Assembly (NCBI GenBank): GCA_038060895.1
Contig: JBBTCT010000021.1
Coordinates: 36,370 to 94,368, forward strand
DNA from: Planctomycetota bacterium
GTDB lineage: Bacteria > Planctomycetota > MHYJ01 > WSZJ01
Length of the DNA stretch: 57,999 nt
Direction: 5' to 3'
Each line of letters opens with the position of its first letter. The stretch's first letter is position 1. Below the pieces are notes generated by a model. That model ran no database searches and was not told the DNA's origin. It saw only the letters and a list, made by a program, of their open reading frames with translations. Below are positions 10,823 to 20,590 of the stretch, piece by piece. The translations under genes were made by a program, and so were the position numbers.

Positions 10823-10858
10823 TGTATGTCCCCGGAGTTGCGGGCGAAGTGCGTCTCG

Positions 10859-13800
10859 CTACTTCGCCTTCAAGTGCCGCTGGATTTCCTCGCAGTAGCT
10901 CTTCTTCTCGTCGGCATACCCGGCCAGCGACGTCAGCTCTTCGACCGTCAGCGGCCGGTCCCAGATCGCGAATTCGTCGATCATCCCCCTGAAACCGGCG
11001 AATTCCGTTCCGCCGGCTTTTCTCGAAGTGCCGATCAGCCCGACGCCGTTGTTGGCCGGAGCCGGGCGGCGTGCGAGCTTCGCTTTCGTCTCGAACGTCC
11101 CCAGCGCGCCCGCCCATGTCGAGCCCGGCGAGATCTTGCCGTCCACCGCGACGAGAACGGTCCGGTCGCCGTCCCACGAGAGCGCCAGGTGATGCCAGCC
11201 GTCGAAAATGTCGTCAACGGGCACAATGACGTCGTTTTGCCAGAAGCCGAGGCTGACGCCGTCCTTGTCCTGATCCCAGAAATCCCACGTTTCCGCAAGG
11301 TGGACCCCGACGAGGAAGCCCGAGTCCCGCCGGTCGCACGTCCCGCCGTCGTACACCACCCCCGCCCGCCGCTCGCTGCACTTGAACCAGAACGCAATGG
11401 CGCGCTCCTCGATCGGCGGCACCTGCAGCATCGCCCTGTCCGCATCTCTCCAGACGCCGTCAAAGCCCATCGCCTGGTCGGGAGTTTTCGGAGTATGAAG
11501 CCGCCCGATGCCGAATTTGCTGCTTCCGAACTTGGACGCGTCATTCCCCTTCCCGCTCAGGTCGCTGATCACCCCGCGCTTCTTGTCCGTCGCCTGGTCC
11601 TCGAACGACAGCGCCAGCACGCACCCGTCCGACAGCGCCTTCCCCGCGACCGGCTTCGGGACTTCAGGCTTCGGGTCGACCGGCTTCGGGTCGGCAGCGA
11701 CCTCAACCGGCGGCGGCTTCGGAGCACGCTTCGCAATCTCCGCGCAGTAACTTTCGCCTTTCTGCGCGAACACCCACAGCCCTTCCATTTCCATCACCGT
11801 CAGCGCCCGGTCCCACACGACGACCTCGTCCATCGTCCCCATGAATCCCGCCCGCCCGATGCCGTTCCACGCCTTCAGCGTCGCCCCCAGGATCGCCGGC
11901 GCCGCCGCGACGGCGGGGGGGCGGGGAAGCGTGATCGGCTGCGGGGCCTCTGGTGAGCCGACAGCGAAGCCGTCAGGGAACCTGCCGTCGATCGTGACAC
12001 GGGCTTCCGTCGCACCGTTCCACGACACGATGACGTGGTGCCATCCTGACGCGATTGGGTCGAACGGGATCGCGGCGTCGCACCCGCCGATGGACACGAA
12101 CACACCGGCCTTGGTTTCTTCCTTCGCGCCCGTGATGCCGCGCGGCTGGAACATCCCGACCGAAAGCCCGGCCCCGGCGCCCGCGGCGTCGAACCAGCCC
12201 TGCTGAAGCGGGATTCCGGACTTGACCCACATTGCGATCGAGCATGCCGCGACGGGGGGGAATTCCACCGAGTCGCGCATCCCGTCGAAGCTGATCCCGC
12301 GGCCGACTTTTCCCTCGGCAAACTTCGGCACGCCGCGGAAGACGCCGTCGCGGGAAGCGCCGCTCTGGTCGCGCACGGGCTTCGCGTCGGCGGCCGCGTT
12401 CGGGTCCGCTTCGAAATCGAGAACCAGCAGCGCGCCCTGGTGAAGCGTGAACGCGATTTCCGGCGGGGGCTGGATGGGGCTCGGTTTGCTCGTGCCCGAG
12501 GGCGGCGGATCCGCCGGTTTTGCGACGCCGGGGTCCTTCGGCGTCACAGGATCCGGCGGCTGGACGCTCCTGGGGTCCGCAGGCCGGTTCCGCTCGGCTT
12601 CAGCCTTCGCCACCTCCTCCGCGCGCTTCTCCCGGGCGAGCGCCAATTCCGCCATCTGGCGCATTTCGTCCCGCTTGTAGTTCACGAAGAGGACGGTCAC
12701 GACGATGAGCCCGAAGATCGCGAGCATGGCGATGCCCGCGAGAATCGCGAACTTGTCCTTCGAACGGCCGTGCGCAGCCGCGGACATGTCGATCACGACC
12801 CGCCCCTGCTCGTGGATGGACACCGGCGTCGGCGGCCCGCCCTGGCCGGAAACCGCAAGCGGCGTCGGGGGCGTGCCCGCCGCGATGGACAGGGGAGCCA
12901 TCGGCTCCAGTTCGAGACCGATGACGCCGCCGGCGGCGCTCTTCACGAGGTCGCTCAGCACGTCGCTCGGTGTCTGGTAACGCTTCGAAGCGTCCTTATC
13001 CAGCATCTTCATGCAGATCGCCGAGTTCGATTCAGAGAGGTCCGACTTCACGGATCGAGGGTCCGGCACCGGCGAGGTCATCACCGCGTGAAGCACGTTG
13101 TAGACCTCGTTCCCCGGGTAAGGCGGCCGCCCGGTCATCATGTGGAAGAACGTCGCGCCCAGGCTGTAGATGTCGCTCCGGATGTCGACGCGCTTCGAGT
13201 CCTGGATCTGCTCCGGCGACATGTAGAACGGCGTCCCGAGCGCCGACGACGACTGCGTGATGTCCGCCTGCCCGGCGCGCTTCGCCAGTCCCAGGTCGGC
13301 GAGCTTCACGCGCCCGTCCTTCGTCACGAGAATGTTCGCGGGCTTGATGTCGCGATGGATGACGCCCTGCTTCTCCGCTGTCGAAAGTGCCTTCGCGATT
13401 CCGTTCACGACCTGCGCCGCAGATTTTTCCGTCATCGGCCCACGCGCCAGGCGGTCGGCGATCGAGCCGCCGTCGACGTACTCCATGACCATGTAGTAGA
13501 GGCCGGTCGCCGGGTCCTTGTCCGCGTCCATGACAGCGAGGACGTTCGGATGTCGAAGCGTCGCGACGAGCCGCGCCTCGCGCAGGAACCGCTCCGCGAA
13601 TTCGCCCGACTTCGCGATCGAAGCCGGCAGCACTTTCACAGCGACCAGCACGTCGAGCGTCGTGTGCTTGGCGAGGTAAACCGCCCCCATCCCGCCGCGA
13701 CCGAGCTCGCGGATGATCGCGCACTTGCCGATGATCTGGCCTTCGCGAAGCGCGACCTCCGGCTTGACCTGGACGGTAGGGGACTCGCTGGCTCGCTGGC

Positions 13801-13870
13801 CGACGGCCGCTTCTACGAAGGCGGCTTTCATGCGCTTGCGCTGGGATTCGTTGGGAGGGTTCATGAACAT
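10859..13870 (-). CDS. Membrane Ser/Thr protein kinase with two LamG-like domains (start approximate, 13870 or 13864)
   Basis: Complete kinase motifs (HRDIKPAN, DLGLAK, GTPFYMSPE), TM, two WHH...DE..WDR LamG units; paralogue of 8738-10822. Confidence 0.92.
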   Translation of the reverse strand: MFMNPPNESQRKRMKAAFVEAAVGQRASESPTVQVKPEVALREGQIIGKCAIIRELGRGGMGAVYLAKHTTLDVLVAVKVLPASIAKSGEFAERFLREARLVATLRHPNVLAVMDADKDPATGLYYMVMEYVDGGSIADRLARGPMTEKSAAQVVNGIAKALSTAEKQGVIHRDIKPANILVTKDGRVKLADLGLAKRAGQADITQSSSALGTPFYMSPEQIQDSKRVDIRSDIYSLGATFFHMMTGRPPYPGNEVYNVLHAVMTSPVPDPRSVKSDLSESNSAICMKMLDKDASKRYQTPSDVLSDLVKSAAGGVIGLELEPMAPLSIAAGTPPTPLAVSGQGGPPTPVSIHEQGRVVIDMSAAAHGRSKDKFAILAGIAMLAIFGLIVVTVLFVNYKRDEMRQMAELALAREKRAEEVAKAEAERNRPADPRSVQPPDPVTPKDPGVAKPADPPPSGTSKPSPIQPPPEIAFTLHQGALLVLDFEADPNAAADAKPVRDQSGASRDGVFRGVPKFAEGKVGRGISFDGMRDSVEFPPVAACSIAMWVKSGIPLQQGWFDAAGAGAGLSVGMFQPRGITGAKEETKAGVFVSIGGCDAAIPFDPIASGWHHVIVSWNGATEARVTIDGRFPDGFAVGSPEAPQPITLPRPPAVAAAPAILGATLKAWNGIGRAGFMGTMDEVVVWDRALTVMEMEGLWVFAQKGESYCAEIAKRAPKPPPVEVAADPKPVDPKPEVPKPVAGKALSDGCVLALSFEDQATDKKRGVISDLSGKGNDASKFGSSKFGIGRLHTPKTPDQAMGFDGVWRDADRAMLQVPPIEERAIAFWFKCSERRAGVVYDGGTCDRRDSGFLVGVHLAETWDFWDQDKDGVSLGFWQNDVIVPVDDIFDGWHHLALSWDGDRTVLVAVDGKISPGSTWAGALGTFETKAKLARRPAPANNGVGLIGTSRKAGGTEFAGFRGMIDEFAIWDRPLTVEELTSLAGYADEKKSYCEEIQRHLKAK

Positions 13871-13920
13871 GGAGACAGGAAATGCGCGGGTTTCGGCGGG
13901 GAAAAAGGCCAGGACAACCC

Positions 13921-14063
13921 CAGATCCCAACTCCAACCCCAAATCCCAATGGGGTAAGGAGTTGTGGCCGTGAAGATTCTGGGCTTCAACGTGATGCGGA
14001 GTCCCAGCCGCATTCCGGGCTCCGGATCACCACCTTGGGATTTGGAGTTGGGGTTGGGATCTG
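13921..14063. repeat. Intergenic inverted repeat built from hexamer units (29-bp arms, 27/29 match)
   Basis: CAGATCCCAACTCCAACCCCAAATCCCAA 13921-13949 versus TTGGGATTTGGAGTTGGGGTTGGGATCTG 14035-14063. Confidence 0.85.
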
Positions 14064-14164
14064 CCTTCACCCTTCGGGCTTCGGCGGACAAGTTTTGGAG
14101 TTGTCCTTCGTCTTCCGTTGCCCTTCGCCCCCTTCTCCTACCCGGTTACGATCACCCCCACCTC

Positions 14165-14884
14165 ATGCCTCAACCCCTCTCTTCTCCGCAGCCCTACCCC
14201 TCAACCCTCTGGTCCGCCGTCCTGGGCGCGCAAGACCGCACTTCCCCCGACCACCGCAACCGCCTCGATCGCCTCATCCGCCTCTACTGGAAACCCGTCT
14301 ACTGGTCCCTCCGCTCCCGCTGGCGCAAGCAGCACGCCGACGCCCTCGACCTCACCCAGACCTTCTTCGCTCACCTCCTCGAAAAAGACGCCCTCGCCTC
14401 CGTCGCCCCCGACAAGGGCCGCTTCCGCGCCTGGCTCCGCGTCGTCCTCGACAACTTCATGCGCAACGAACTGGAAGCGGCAAAAGCGCAGAAGCGCGGA
14501 GGCGGCCTGAAACCGTTGTCGATCGACGGCGAAGACGATGCTCCGCCGGTGCCGGACGACTCCCTGACGCCGGATCAAGCGTTCGACCGCACGTGGGCCA
14601 TCCATCTCTTTCGTTCCGCCGTCGAGGACATGCGCCTGCTCTACCACTCCGAAGGGCGCGACGCCGCCTTCGCCTGGTTCGAGCGCCACGAACTCGACCC
14701 GGATCCCCCGACCTGCGCCCAGATGGCGGAAGCGGCAGGCCGGAAGCCGCACGAGGTCGAGAACGCGCTCAAGGCCGCGCGCGTGGCATTCGCGAGAATC
14801 CTGAGGGAGAAGGTGACGGAGACGGTGGCGGACCCGTCGCGCGTGGAAGAGGAGCTTCAGGCGCTGGCGGAGGCGATGGGCTAA
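14165..14884 (+). CDS. ECF-type sigma-70 factor, divergent from two Ser/Thr kinases
   Basis: YPSTLWS, YWKPVY, DLTQTFF, KGRFRAWL, AQKRGGG, FDRTWA; paralogue of 3738-4475. Confidence 0.9.
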   Translation: MPQPLSSPQPYPSTLWSAVLGAQDRTSPDHRNRLDRLIRLYWKPVYWSLRSRWRKQHADALDLTQTFFAHLLEKDALASVAPDKGRFRAWLRVVLDNFMRNELEAAKAQKRGGGLKPLSIDGEDDAPPVPDDSLTPDQAFDRTWAIHLFRSAVEDMRLLYHSEGRDAAFAWFERHELDPDPPTCAQMAEAAGRKPHEVENALKAARVAFARILREKVTETVADPSRVEEELQALAEAMG

Positions 14885-14970
14885 CTTCGGCTTGTCCTGA
14901 ATTTGTTGGAACCGCCGGACCGGCGGCGCGTCTCACTTCCAGAACAGAAACCCATTCCGGAGACCCCCTC

Positions 14971-17223
14971 ATGCTGTCCCGCATCCTTCGTTCCCTCGCC
15001 GTCCTCGCGCTCCTGGCCACCCTGGCCCGCGCCGACGGGTTCATGCAGATCGACCGCCCCTCGCGCAACGCGATTCCGATGGCGGTCAAGTACCACAAGG
15101 TGGACGTTGCGATCGACAACCAGGTGGCGACGACGAAAGTGGACCAGGTGTTCGTGAACCCGAACGGGTTCAACGTCGAAGCAACGTACATGTTCCCGAT
15201 CCCGGCCGGCGCTTCGGTGTCCAAGCTGTCGATGTGGATCGACGGCAAGGAGATGGAAGCGGAGCTGCTGGACGCCGACAAGGCGCGGGCGACGTACGAG
15301 GAGATCGTGCGGTCGCAGCAGGATCCGGCGCTTCTGGAGTACGTCGGGACCAGGATGTTCAAACTGCGCGTGTTCCCGATCCTGCCCGGCGAGGAAAAGC
15401 GCGTGAAGCTGGAGTATTCGGAAACGATCAAGGCGGACAGCGGGCTGTGCGTGTACCGCTATCCGCTGAACACCGAGAAATTCAGCTCGCGGCCGCTGAA
15501 CGAGTGCCGCGTGGCAGTGAACGTGAAGTCGAACGTGCCGCTGAAGTCGCTGATGAGCCCGACGCACTCGGTGGACGTCGCCCGCAAGAACGATCTCGAA
15601 GGCACGGTGGTGTACGAAGCCGCGAACGTGCTGCCAGACAAGGACTTCCTCCTCTACTTCACGCAGCAGGACGGCGACTTCGGCATGAACATGGTCGCCC
15701 AGCGTGAGGCCGGCGAAGACGGGTACTTCATGCTGATGCTCTCGCCCAAGGCCGAAGCCACGGACGCGGAACTGGTGAAGCGCGACGTCTGCTTCGTGAT
15801 CGACAACTCGATGTCGATGGCCGAGGAAGACCGGATGCCGCAGGCGAAGAAGGCGCTCAAGGCCGGGCTGGAGACGCTGAACCCGGGCGACCGCTTCAAC
15901 ATCGTCCGGTTCTCGACGGAGGCGGCGAAGTGGAAAGATGCGCTGGTTGAGGTGAGTGCGGAGAACCTGGCGGACGCGAACAAGTTCATCGACGCGATCA
16001 AGGCCCGCGGCGGCACGAACATTTCCGAGGCGATGACGACCGCGCTGGCGATGAACCCGGGCGACGCGGCGAGGCCGTACATGGTGATCTTCATGACGGA
16101 CGGCGAGCCGACGCTGGGCGAGACGGACCCGGAGAAGATCGTGAAGGTGACGCGCGACGCGAACGGCAAGATGGCCCGCATCTTCACGCTGGGTGTCGGG
16201 TTCGAGCTGAACGTGAACTTGCTCGACCGGATCGCCGGGGAAAACCGGGGGCTGAACGAGTACATCACGCCCACGGAATCGCTCGAGACGAAGATGGCCG
16301 GGTACTACGAGAAGATCGGCGCGCCGGTGCTGTCCGACATCAAGATCGAGTTCGGCGGCGAGAGCGCCGAGATCTACGACATCTATCCGAAGAACCTGTC
16401 CGACGTGTTCAAGGGCCAGCAGATCTCGGTCTTCGGGCGCTTCAAGGGCTCCGGCAGCAAGTCGATCAAGCTCAAGGGCTCAGTGAACGGCAAGCCGCGT
16501 GAGTTCGTGTACGAAGCCAGCTTCCCGAAGGACAACGGGACGCACGAATCGATTCCGCGCCTGTGGGCGATCAGCAAGATCGGGCACATGATGGATGCGA
16601 TCCGGCTGCACGGTGAGAAGGAAGAGCTGAAGAAGGAGATCGTCGCGCTGGCGAAGGAGTTCGGCGTGATGACGAAGTACACGTCCTGGCTGGTGCTCGA
16701 GGACAACGCGCGGCTGCGCCGCGACCTGCCCCCGGGTGCGCGTCCGGCCCCGGCGGCGCCGGCGGACGGGGCGTGGAGGAAGGGTGCGGACACGGATCAC
16801 AACGAAGAGCTTGAGAAGACGGCGGAGGCAGGACGGTCGGGGATGGGCGCGGGCGGCGGCGAGAACGGAGTCGCGGCGAGCAAGGACCTGAAAGAGATGC
16901 AGGCGGGCAAGGCCGACGACGCGCTGGCGTTCAAGCGCAAGAGCGGCAAGCTTTCCGGCGAAAAGAAGCAGAGCGACGAAGGCGCCGTGACGACGGTCGG
17001 GAACAAGACCTTCTACTGCGTCGACGGAGTCTGGATGGACCAGAAGTTCAAGATGGGCGGGGAAACGATGAAGGTCGAGTACCTGTCCGACGAGTACTTC
17101 AAGCTGCTCTCGGCGGTCCCGGCGGCTGGAAAATACTTCGCGCTCGGCGATCACGTGATCGTGATCCTGGATGGGAAGACTTACGAAGTGATGCCGAAGA
17201 AAGAGACTGAGGAAAAGAAGTGA
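14971..17223 (+). CDS. Secreted VIT and vWA domain protein (inter-alpha-trypsin inhibitor heavy chain-like)
   Basis: Signal peptide; VIT region (EATYMFPIP, ARATYEEIV...DPALLE); MIDAS DNSMSM; RGGTNI; FMTDGEPT. Confidence 0.92.
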   Translation: MLSRILRSLAVLALLATLARADGFMQIDRPSRNAIPMAVKYHKVDVAIDNQVATTKVDQVFVNPNGFNVEATYMFPIPAGASVSKLSMWIDGKEMEAELLDADKARATYEEIVRSQQDPALLEYVGTRMFKLRVFPILPGEEKRVKLEYSETIKADSGLCVYRYPLNTEKFSSRPLNECRVAVNVKSNVPLKSLMSPTHSVDVARKNDLEGTVVYEAANVLPDKDFLLYFTQQDGDFGMNMVAQREAGEDGYFMLMLSPKAEATDAELVKRDVCFVIDNSMSMAEEDRMPQAKKALKAGLETLNPGDRFNIVRFSTEAAKWKDALVEVSAENLADANKFIDAIKARGGTNISEAMTTALAMNPGDAARPYMVIFMTDGEPTLGETDPEKIVKVTRDANGKMARIFTLGVGFELNVNLLDRIAGENRGLNEYITPTESLETKMAGYYEKIGAPVLSDIKIEFGGESAEIYDIYPKNLSDVFKGQQISVFGRFKGSGSKSIKLKGSVNGKPREFVYEASFPKDNGTHESIPRLWAISKIGHMMDAIRLHGEKEELKKEIVALAKEFGVMTKYTSWLVLEDNARLRRDLPPGARPAPAAPADGAWRKGADTDHNEELEKTAEAGRSGMGAGGGENGVAASKDLKEMQAGKADDALAFKRKSGKLSGEKKQSDEGAVTTVGNKTFYCVDGVWMDQKFKMGGETMKVEYLSDEYFKLLSAVPAAGKYFALGDHVIVILDGKTYEVMPKKETEEKK

Positions 17224-17274
17224 GTTGGGAGTGATGAGTCGTGAGTAGGGAGTCGTGCGGAGTCTGGAGTTGAG

Positions 17275-17312
17275 AGCCGGGCGCGGGGTTGATCCCTCGC
17301 GCCCGGCTTTGT
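17275..17312 (+). terminator. Probable intrinsic terminator hairpin
   Basis: AGCCGGGCGCGGGG...CCCTCGCGCCCGGCT followed by a short T tract, downstream of the VIT-vWA gene. Confidence 0.6.
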
Positions 17313-17373
17313 TGCTGAAGATTGCGATGGGCCGACTCTCGAGGCGACTCCGTCGCCTCGATGGTGGTCGGGA

Positions 17374-17618
17374 GTTGTTGGTTGGTTTGGAGTTCTGGGT
17401 TCCGGAAGTTGAGATCCGGGTTCCGTGTTCCGAGTTCCGGGTGGGGTTCCGGGTTCGGAGTTTGGGGTTTTCGTCGGGGCGGCCACCGTTGGAATGAACG
17501 CTGCGCTGCCTGCCGACGACACAACTCGAAACTCGCAACACCCAACCCCACTCGGAACCCGGAACGCGGAACCCGGATCTCAACTTCCGGAACACCGAAC
17601 TCCAAACCCCCCAACAAC
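17374..17618. repeat. Long imperfect inverted repeat made of heptamer units (GGGTTCC/GAGTTCC)
   Basis: Perfect 26-bp core 17400-17425 versus 17567-17592; arms about 100 bp. Confidence 0.88.
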
Positions 17619-17625
17619 ACGCAAC

Positions 17626-20394
17626 TCACCTCTCCAGCACCCGCCGCACCTCGTCCCGAAGCCTTACTGCCTCCGCCCAGTCCTTACTCGCAGGCTTCAC
17701 GACCTCCCGCGCCGTCACGCTCACTACCCCTCTCCGCGGCGCCCACGTTTTGTCCCGCAGCACGTCCCTCGTCCCCCGCACCACGACGGGCACAATCCCC
17801 GTCCCCGTCTGCGCCGCGGTCACGAACGCCCCCATCCGGAACGGGAGCAGCCCCGGCTCGCGCCGGAACGTTCCCTCGGGGAAGATGACGAGCGACTTCC
17901 CGGCGCGCAGCGCGGCGGCGACTCCTTCGGTGTCCTGGACCGATTGCTCGGGGTCGAAGCGCTCCACGAAGACGGCGCCGAGCCGCTTCAGCAGCGGCGC
18001 CAGCACGAGGTTCCGGGACAGCTCACGCTTTACGACAAACCCGAATCGCGGCGGGAGCGCGGCGGTCATGAGAAGCGCGTCCATGTACGACTGGTGATTG
18101 GGCGCGAGGATGACGGGATCCGGCGGGAGGCGGTCGAGGCCGCTCGCGCGGACGGGGATGAAGAGGAGGCGGAAGACGAGCTTCATCCAGAGGCGCAGGA
18201 CCGCGCGGCGGAATGACAATGTCGGCCCGAGGACCGTGGTGAGCCAGGCGGGCGGAACGACGGTGAGGAAGACGATCCAGCTCCATGCGGCGTAGAGCCG
18301 CGCCAGCCCAGCGCGTGCGAACCGCCGGATCTCCGGGATCATTGCTGCCAGGAGAATGTGAAACATCTGCGCCGCCGCGCCCGGCGGCTCGCGGTGGAAC
18401 GCACCCTTCTCATACAGCTCCCGAGCCGCGCCGCGGCGGATCTTCCCGCTCGGCGTCTTGGGGACGGTGCGGGGCGAAGCGAGGACGATCTCGTCGGGCG
18501 GGCCTTCGAGGAGGGGAGTAACCGCGTCGGCGATGGCTTTCTGGAGAGCCGCGCGTTCGTCGTCCGCCTTCAGCGCCGTCTCTGCGATCACCACGATGCG
18601 CTCCGTCCCCGATTTCGGATCGTGCACGCCGATCACCGCCACGCAGCCGCGCCGCACGCCCGGAAGCACGGTCACCGCTTCTTCAATCTCCGTCGGGATG
18701 ATGTTGCGGCCGCCCTTGATGATGAGGTCCTTGGCGCGGCCGGCGGGGAAGACTTCGCCGTCGGCGATGTAGGCGAGGTCGCCGGAGTCGAGCCAGTCGC
18801 CGTCGAACAGTTTCCGGGTGGCCTCGGGGTTGCGGAAATAGCCGCCGGTGGCGCTGGGGCCGCGGAACTGGAGGCGGCCGTGCTCGCGCTCGCCGGCCTC
18901 GCGGCCGTGTTCATCGACGATGCGGACTTCCATGTTGGCGAGGGGGCGGCCGCAGCCGACGAAGGTCAGGGCGGAAGGGTCGCCTGCCTCGGCGGGCGTG
19001 GCGCGCCGGCGGTGGAGAAGGTCGTCGCGGCGGACGCGGTCGAGGCGCGGGCCGCGGCCCGGCGGCGGGAATGTGACGCCCAGGCAGTTTTCGGCGAGGC
19101 CGTAGACCGGGGTCATGGCTTCGCGGCGGAAGCCCTGTTTTGCGAAGCGCGCGATGAAGTTTTCCAGCGTGTCGGGGTGAACGGCCTCCGCGCCATTGAA
19201 CGCGAGGCGCCAGGCCGAGAGGTCCAGCGCTTCTACGTCATGGTCGGGGAGTTTCGCGGCGCAGAGGTCGTAGGCAAAATTCGGCGCGGCGGTGATGGTG
19301 CCGCGTTCGCGGGTCATGGTCTTGAGCCAGCGCGGGGGCCGCGCGAGGAAGAGCATGGGCGACATGAGGACCGCGCGCGCGCCGCTGTAAAGCGAGCCGA
19401 GCCAGGCGCCGATGAGGCCCATGTCGTGGTAGAGCGGGAGCCACGAAATAAAAACATCGGTCGAGCAGATCCCCGACGCCGCCTGCATCGCGCGGATGTT
19501 CGCGAGCAGATTCGCGTGCGACAGCGTCACGCCCTTGGGCGCCCCCGTCGAGCCCGAGGTGTACTGCAGAAGCGCGGTGTCGCCGGGGCGAAGCGGCGGC
19601 GTTTCCGGCGAGGCCCCCGCGACGCGCAGCTCGGCCGGCGTCACCACGTCGCGCAGCGACGGCGCGAGAGACTTCACGAGCGCGGCCGGACGCTTCGCCT
19701 CTTCGGACGAAATCAGCATCGCCGCCAGGCACGAGTTGAGGATCCCAGCCTGCCGCTTCACGTGCTCCTCGATCTGCGTCGCCTTCGCCGGCGGGTAGAG
19801 CGGCACGGGAATGCCTCCGGCGCGCAGGACGCCGAAGAACGACTGAAAGTACTCGCGGCAGGTCTGAAGCATGAGCGCCACAGGCTGCGCGGGCTGAAGG
19901 TCGCGCGCGCGCAGGCCCGCAGCGATCTCTCCGGCCTCGTCCCAAAGCTGGCCGTAGGTGATCGACTGCGTGTGGTCGCCTTCCTCGACGAGGGTGATGT
20001 GGACGCGATCGCGGTGGTGGCGCGCGTACCACTCGAGGGCCTCGACGAGCGTGGAAGCGGTGACCGGCATCGCGGGAAGGCGTTCGGCTGGTGCGGCGAC
20101 GGTGGCGGGCGCGGATTCGCCTGCGGGGCGGCCGGATTCGAGGGCGCGAAGGAGGTCCCGGAGCGTTTCGGCGGCCATCGCGGCTGACTCGGGAACGGCG
20201 GTGCGGAAGGCTTTCTCGATCCGGAGGAGAAGTTCGACGCGCGCGAGGGAATCGATCCCGAGATCGTTCTGGAGGGAACTGTCGAGGGTCAAGGTGCCGT
20301 GCGTGAGGCCGGGGCGGACTTCCAGCGCGAGCTCCTCTGCGAGGTCGAGGAGTTGTTCGGCGGTCGTGCGTTGCGGGGAGAGGGGGGCGATCAT
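17626..20394 (-). CDS. ACP / fatty acyl-AMP ligase / PlsC-type acyltransferase fusion
   Basis: LGIDSL phosphopantetheine site; LQYTSGSTGAPKG, WLPLYHDMGLIG, YGLAE, PKTPSGK; NHQSYMD and FPEGT acyltransferase motifs. Confidence 0.93.
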   Translation of the reverse strand: MIAPLSPQRTTAEQLLDLAEELALEVRPGLTHGTLTLDSSLQNDLGIDSLARVELLLRIEKAFRTAVPESAAMAAETLRDLLRALESGRPAGESAPATVAAPAERLPAMPVTASTLVEALEWYARHHRDRVHITLVEEGDHTQSITYGQLWDEAGEIAAGLRARDLQPAQPVALMLQTCREYFQSFFGVLRAGGIPVPLYPPAKATQIEEHVKRQAGILNSCLAAMLISSEEAKRPAALVKSLAPSLRDVVTPAELRVAGASPETPPLRPGDTALLQYTSGSTGAPKGVTLSHANLLANIRAMQAASGICSTDVFISWLPLYHDMGLIGAWLGSLYSGARAVLMSPMLFLARPPRWLKTMTRERGTITAAPNFAYDLCAAKLPDHDVEALDLSAWRLAFNGAEAVHPDTLENFIARFAKQGFRREAMTPVYGLAENCLGVTFPPPGRGPRLDRVRRDDLLHRRRATPAEAGDPSALTFVGCGRPLANMEVRIVDEHGREAGEREHGRLQFRGPSATGGYFRNPEATRKLFDGDWLDSGDLAYIADGEVFPAGRAKDLIIKGGRNIIPTEIEEAVTVLPGVRRGCVAVIGVHDPKSGTERIVVIAETALKADDERAALQKAIADAVTPLLEGPPDEIVLASPRTVPKTPSGKIRRGAARELYEKGAFHREPPGAAAQMFHILLAAMIPEIRRFARAGLARLYAAWSWIVFLTVVPPAWLTTVLGPTLSFRRAVLRLWMKLVFRLLFIPVRASGLDRLPPDPVILAPNHQSYMDALLMTAALPPRFGFVVKRELSRNLVLAPLLKRLGAVFVERFDPEQSVQDTEGVAAALRAGKSLVIFPEGTFRREPGLLPFRMGAFVTAAQTGTGIVPVVVRGTRDVLRDKTWAPRRGVVSVTAREVVKPASKDWAEAVRLRDEVRRVLER

Positions 20395-20428
20395 GACGAA
20401 GATCCGCCGCGTTCAGCGATGAAGCCGT

Positions 20429-20530
20429 TTCCGTGACCTTCCGTCCCTCCGTGGTTTCCGTGTTCTGCCTTTGTGCCTTCAAGAAAAAGGCCGAACACGG
20501 AAACCACGGAGGGACGGAAACACACGGAAC
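20429..20530. repeat. Intergenic inverted repeat with perfect 27-bp arms (CACGGA-type units)
   Basis: TTCCGTCCCTCCGTGGTTTCCGTGTTC 20439-20465 versus GAACACGGAAACCACGGAGGGACGGAA 20493-20519. Confidence 0.9.
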
Positions 20531-20590
20531 CCTGCCCGGCAGGTCTCCGGCTAACTGGTCGTCCCGACCGCAATCCGGGCGCCCTGAACT

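Noticed and set aside
17221-17618. Periodic repeats as a possible CRISPR array
   Set aside because: Units are about 7 bp with no unique spacers, and there are no cas genes.
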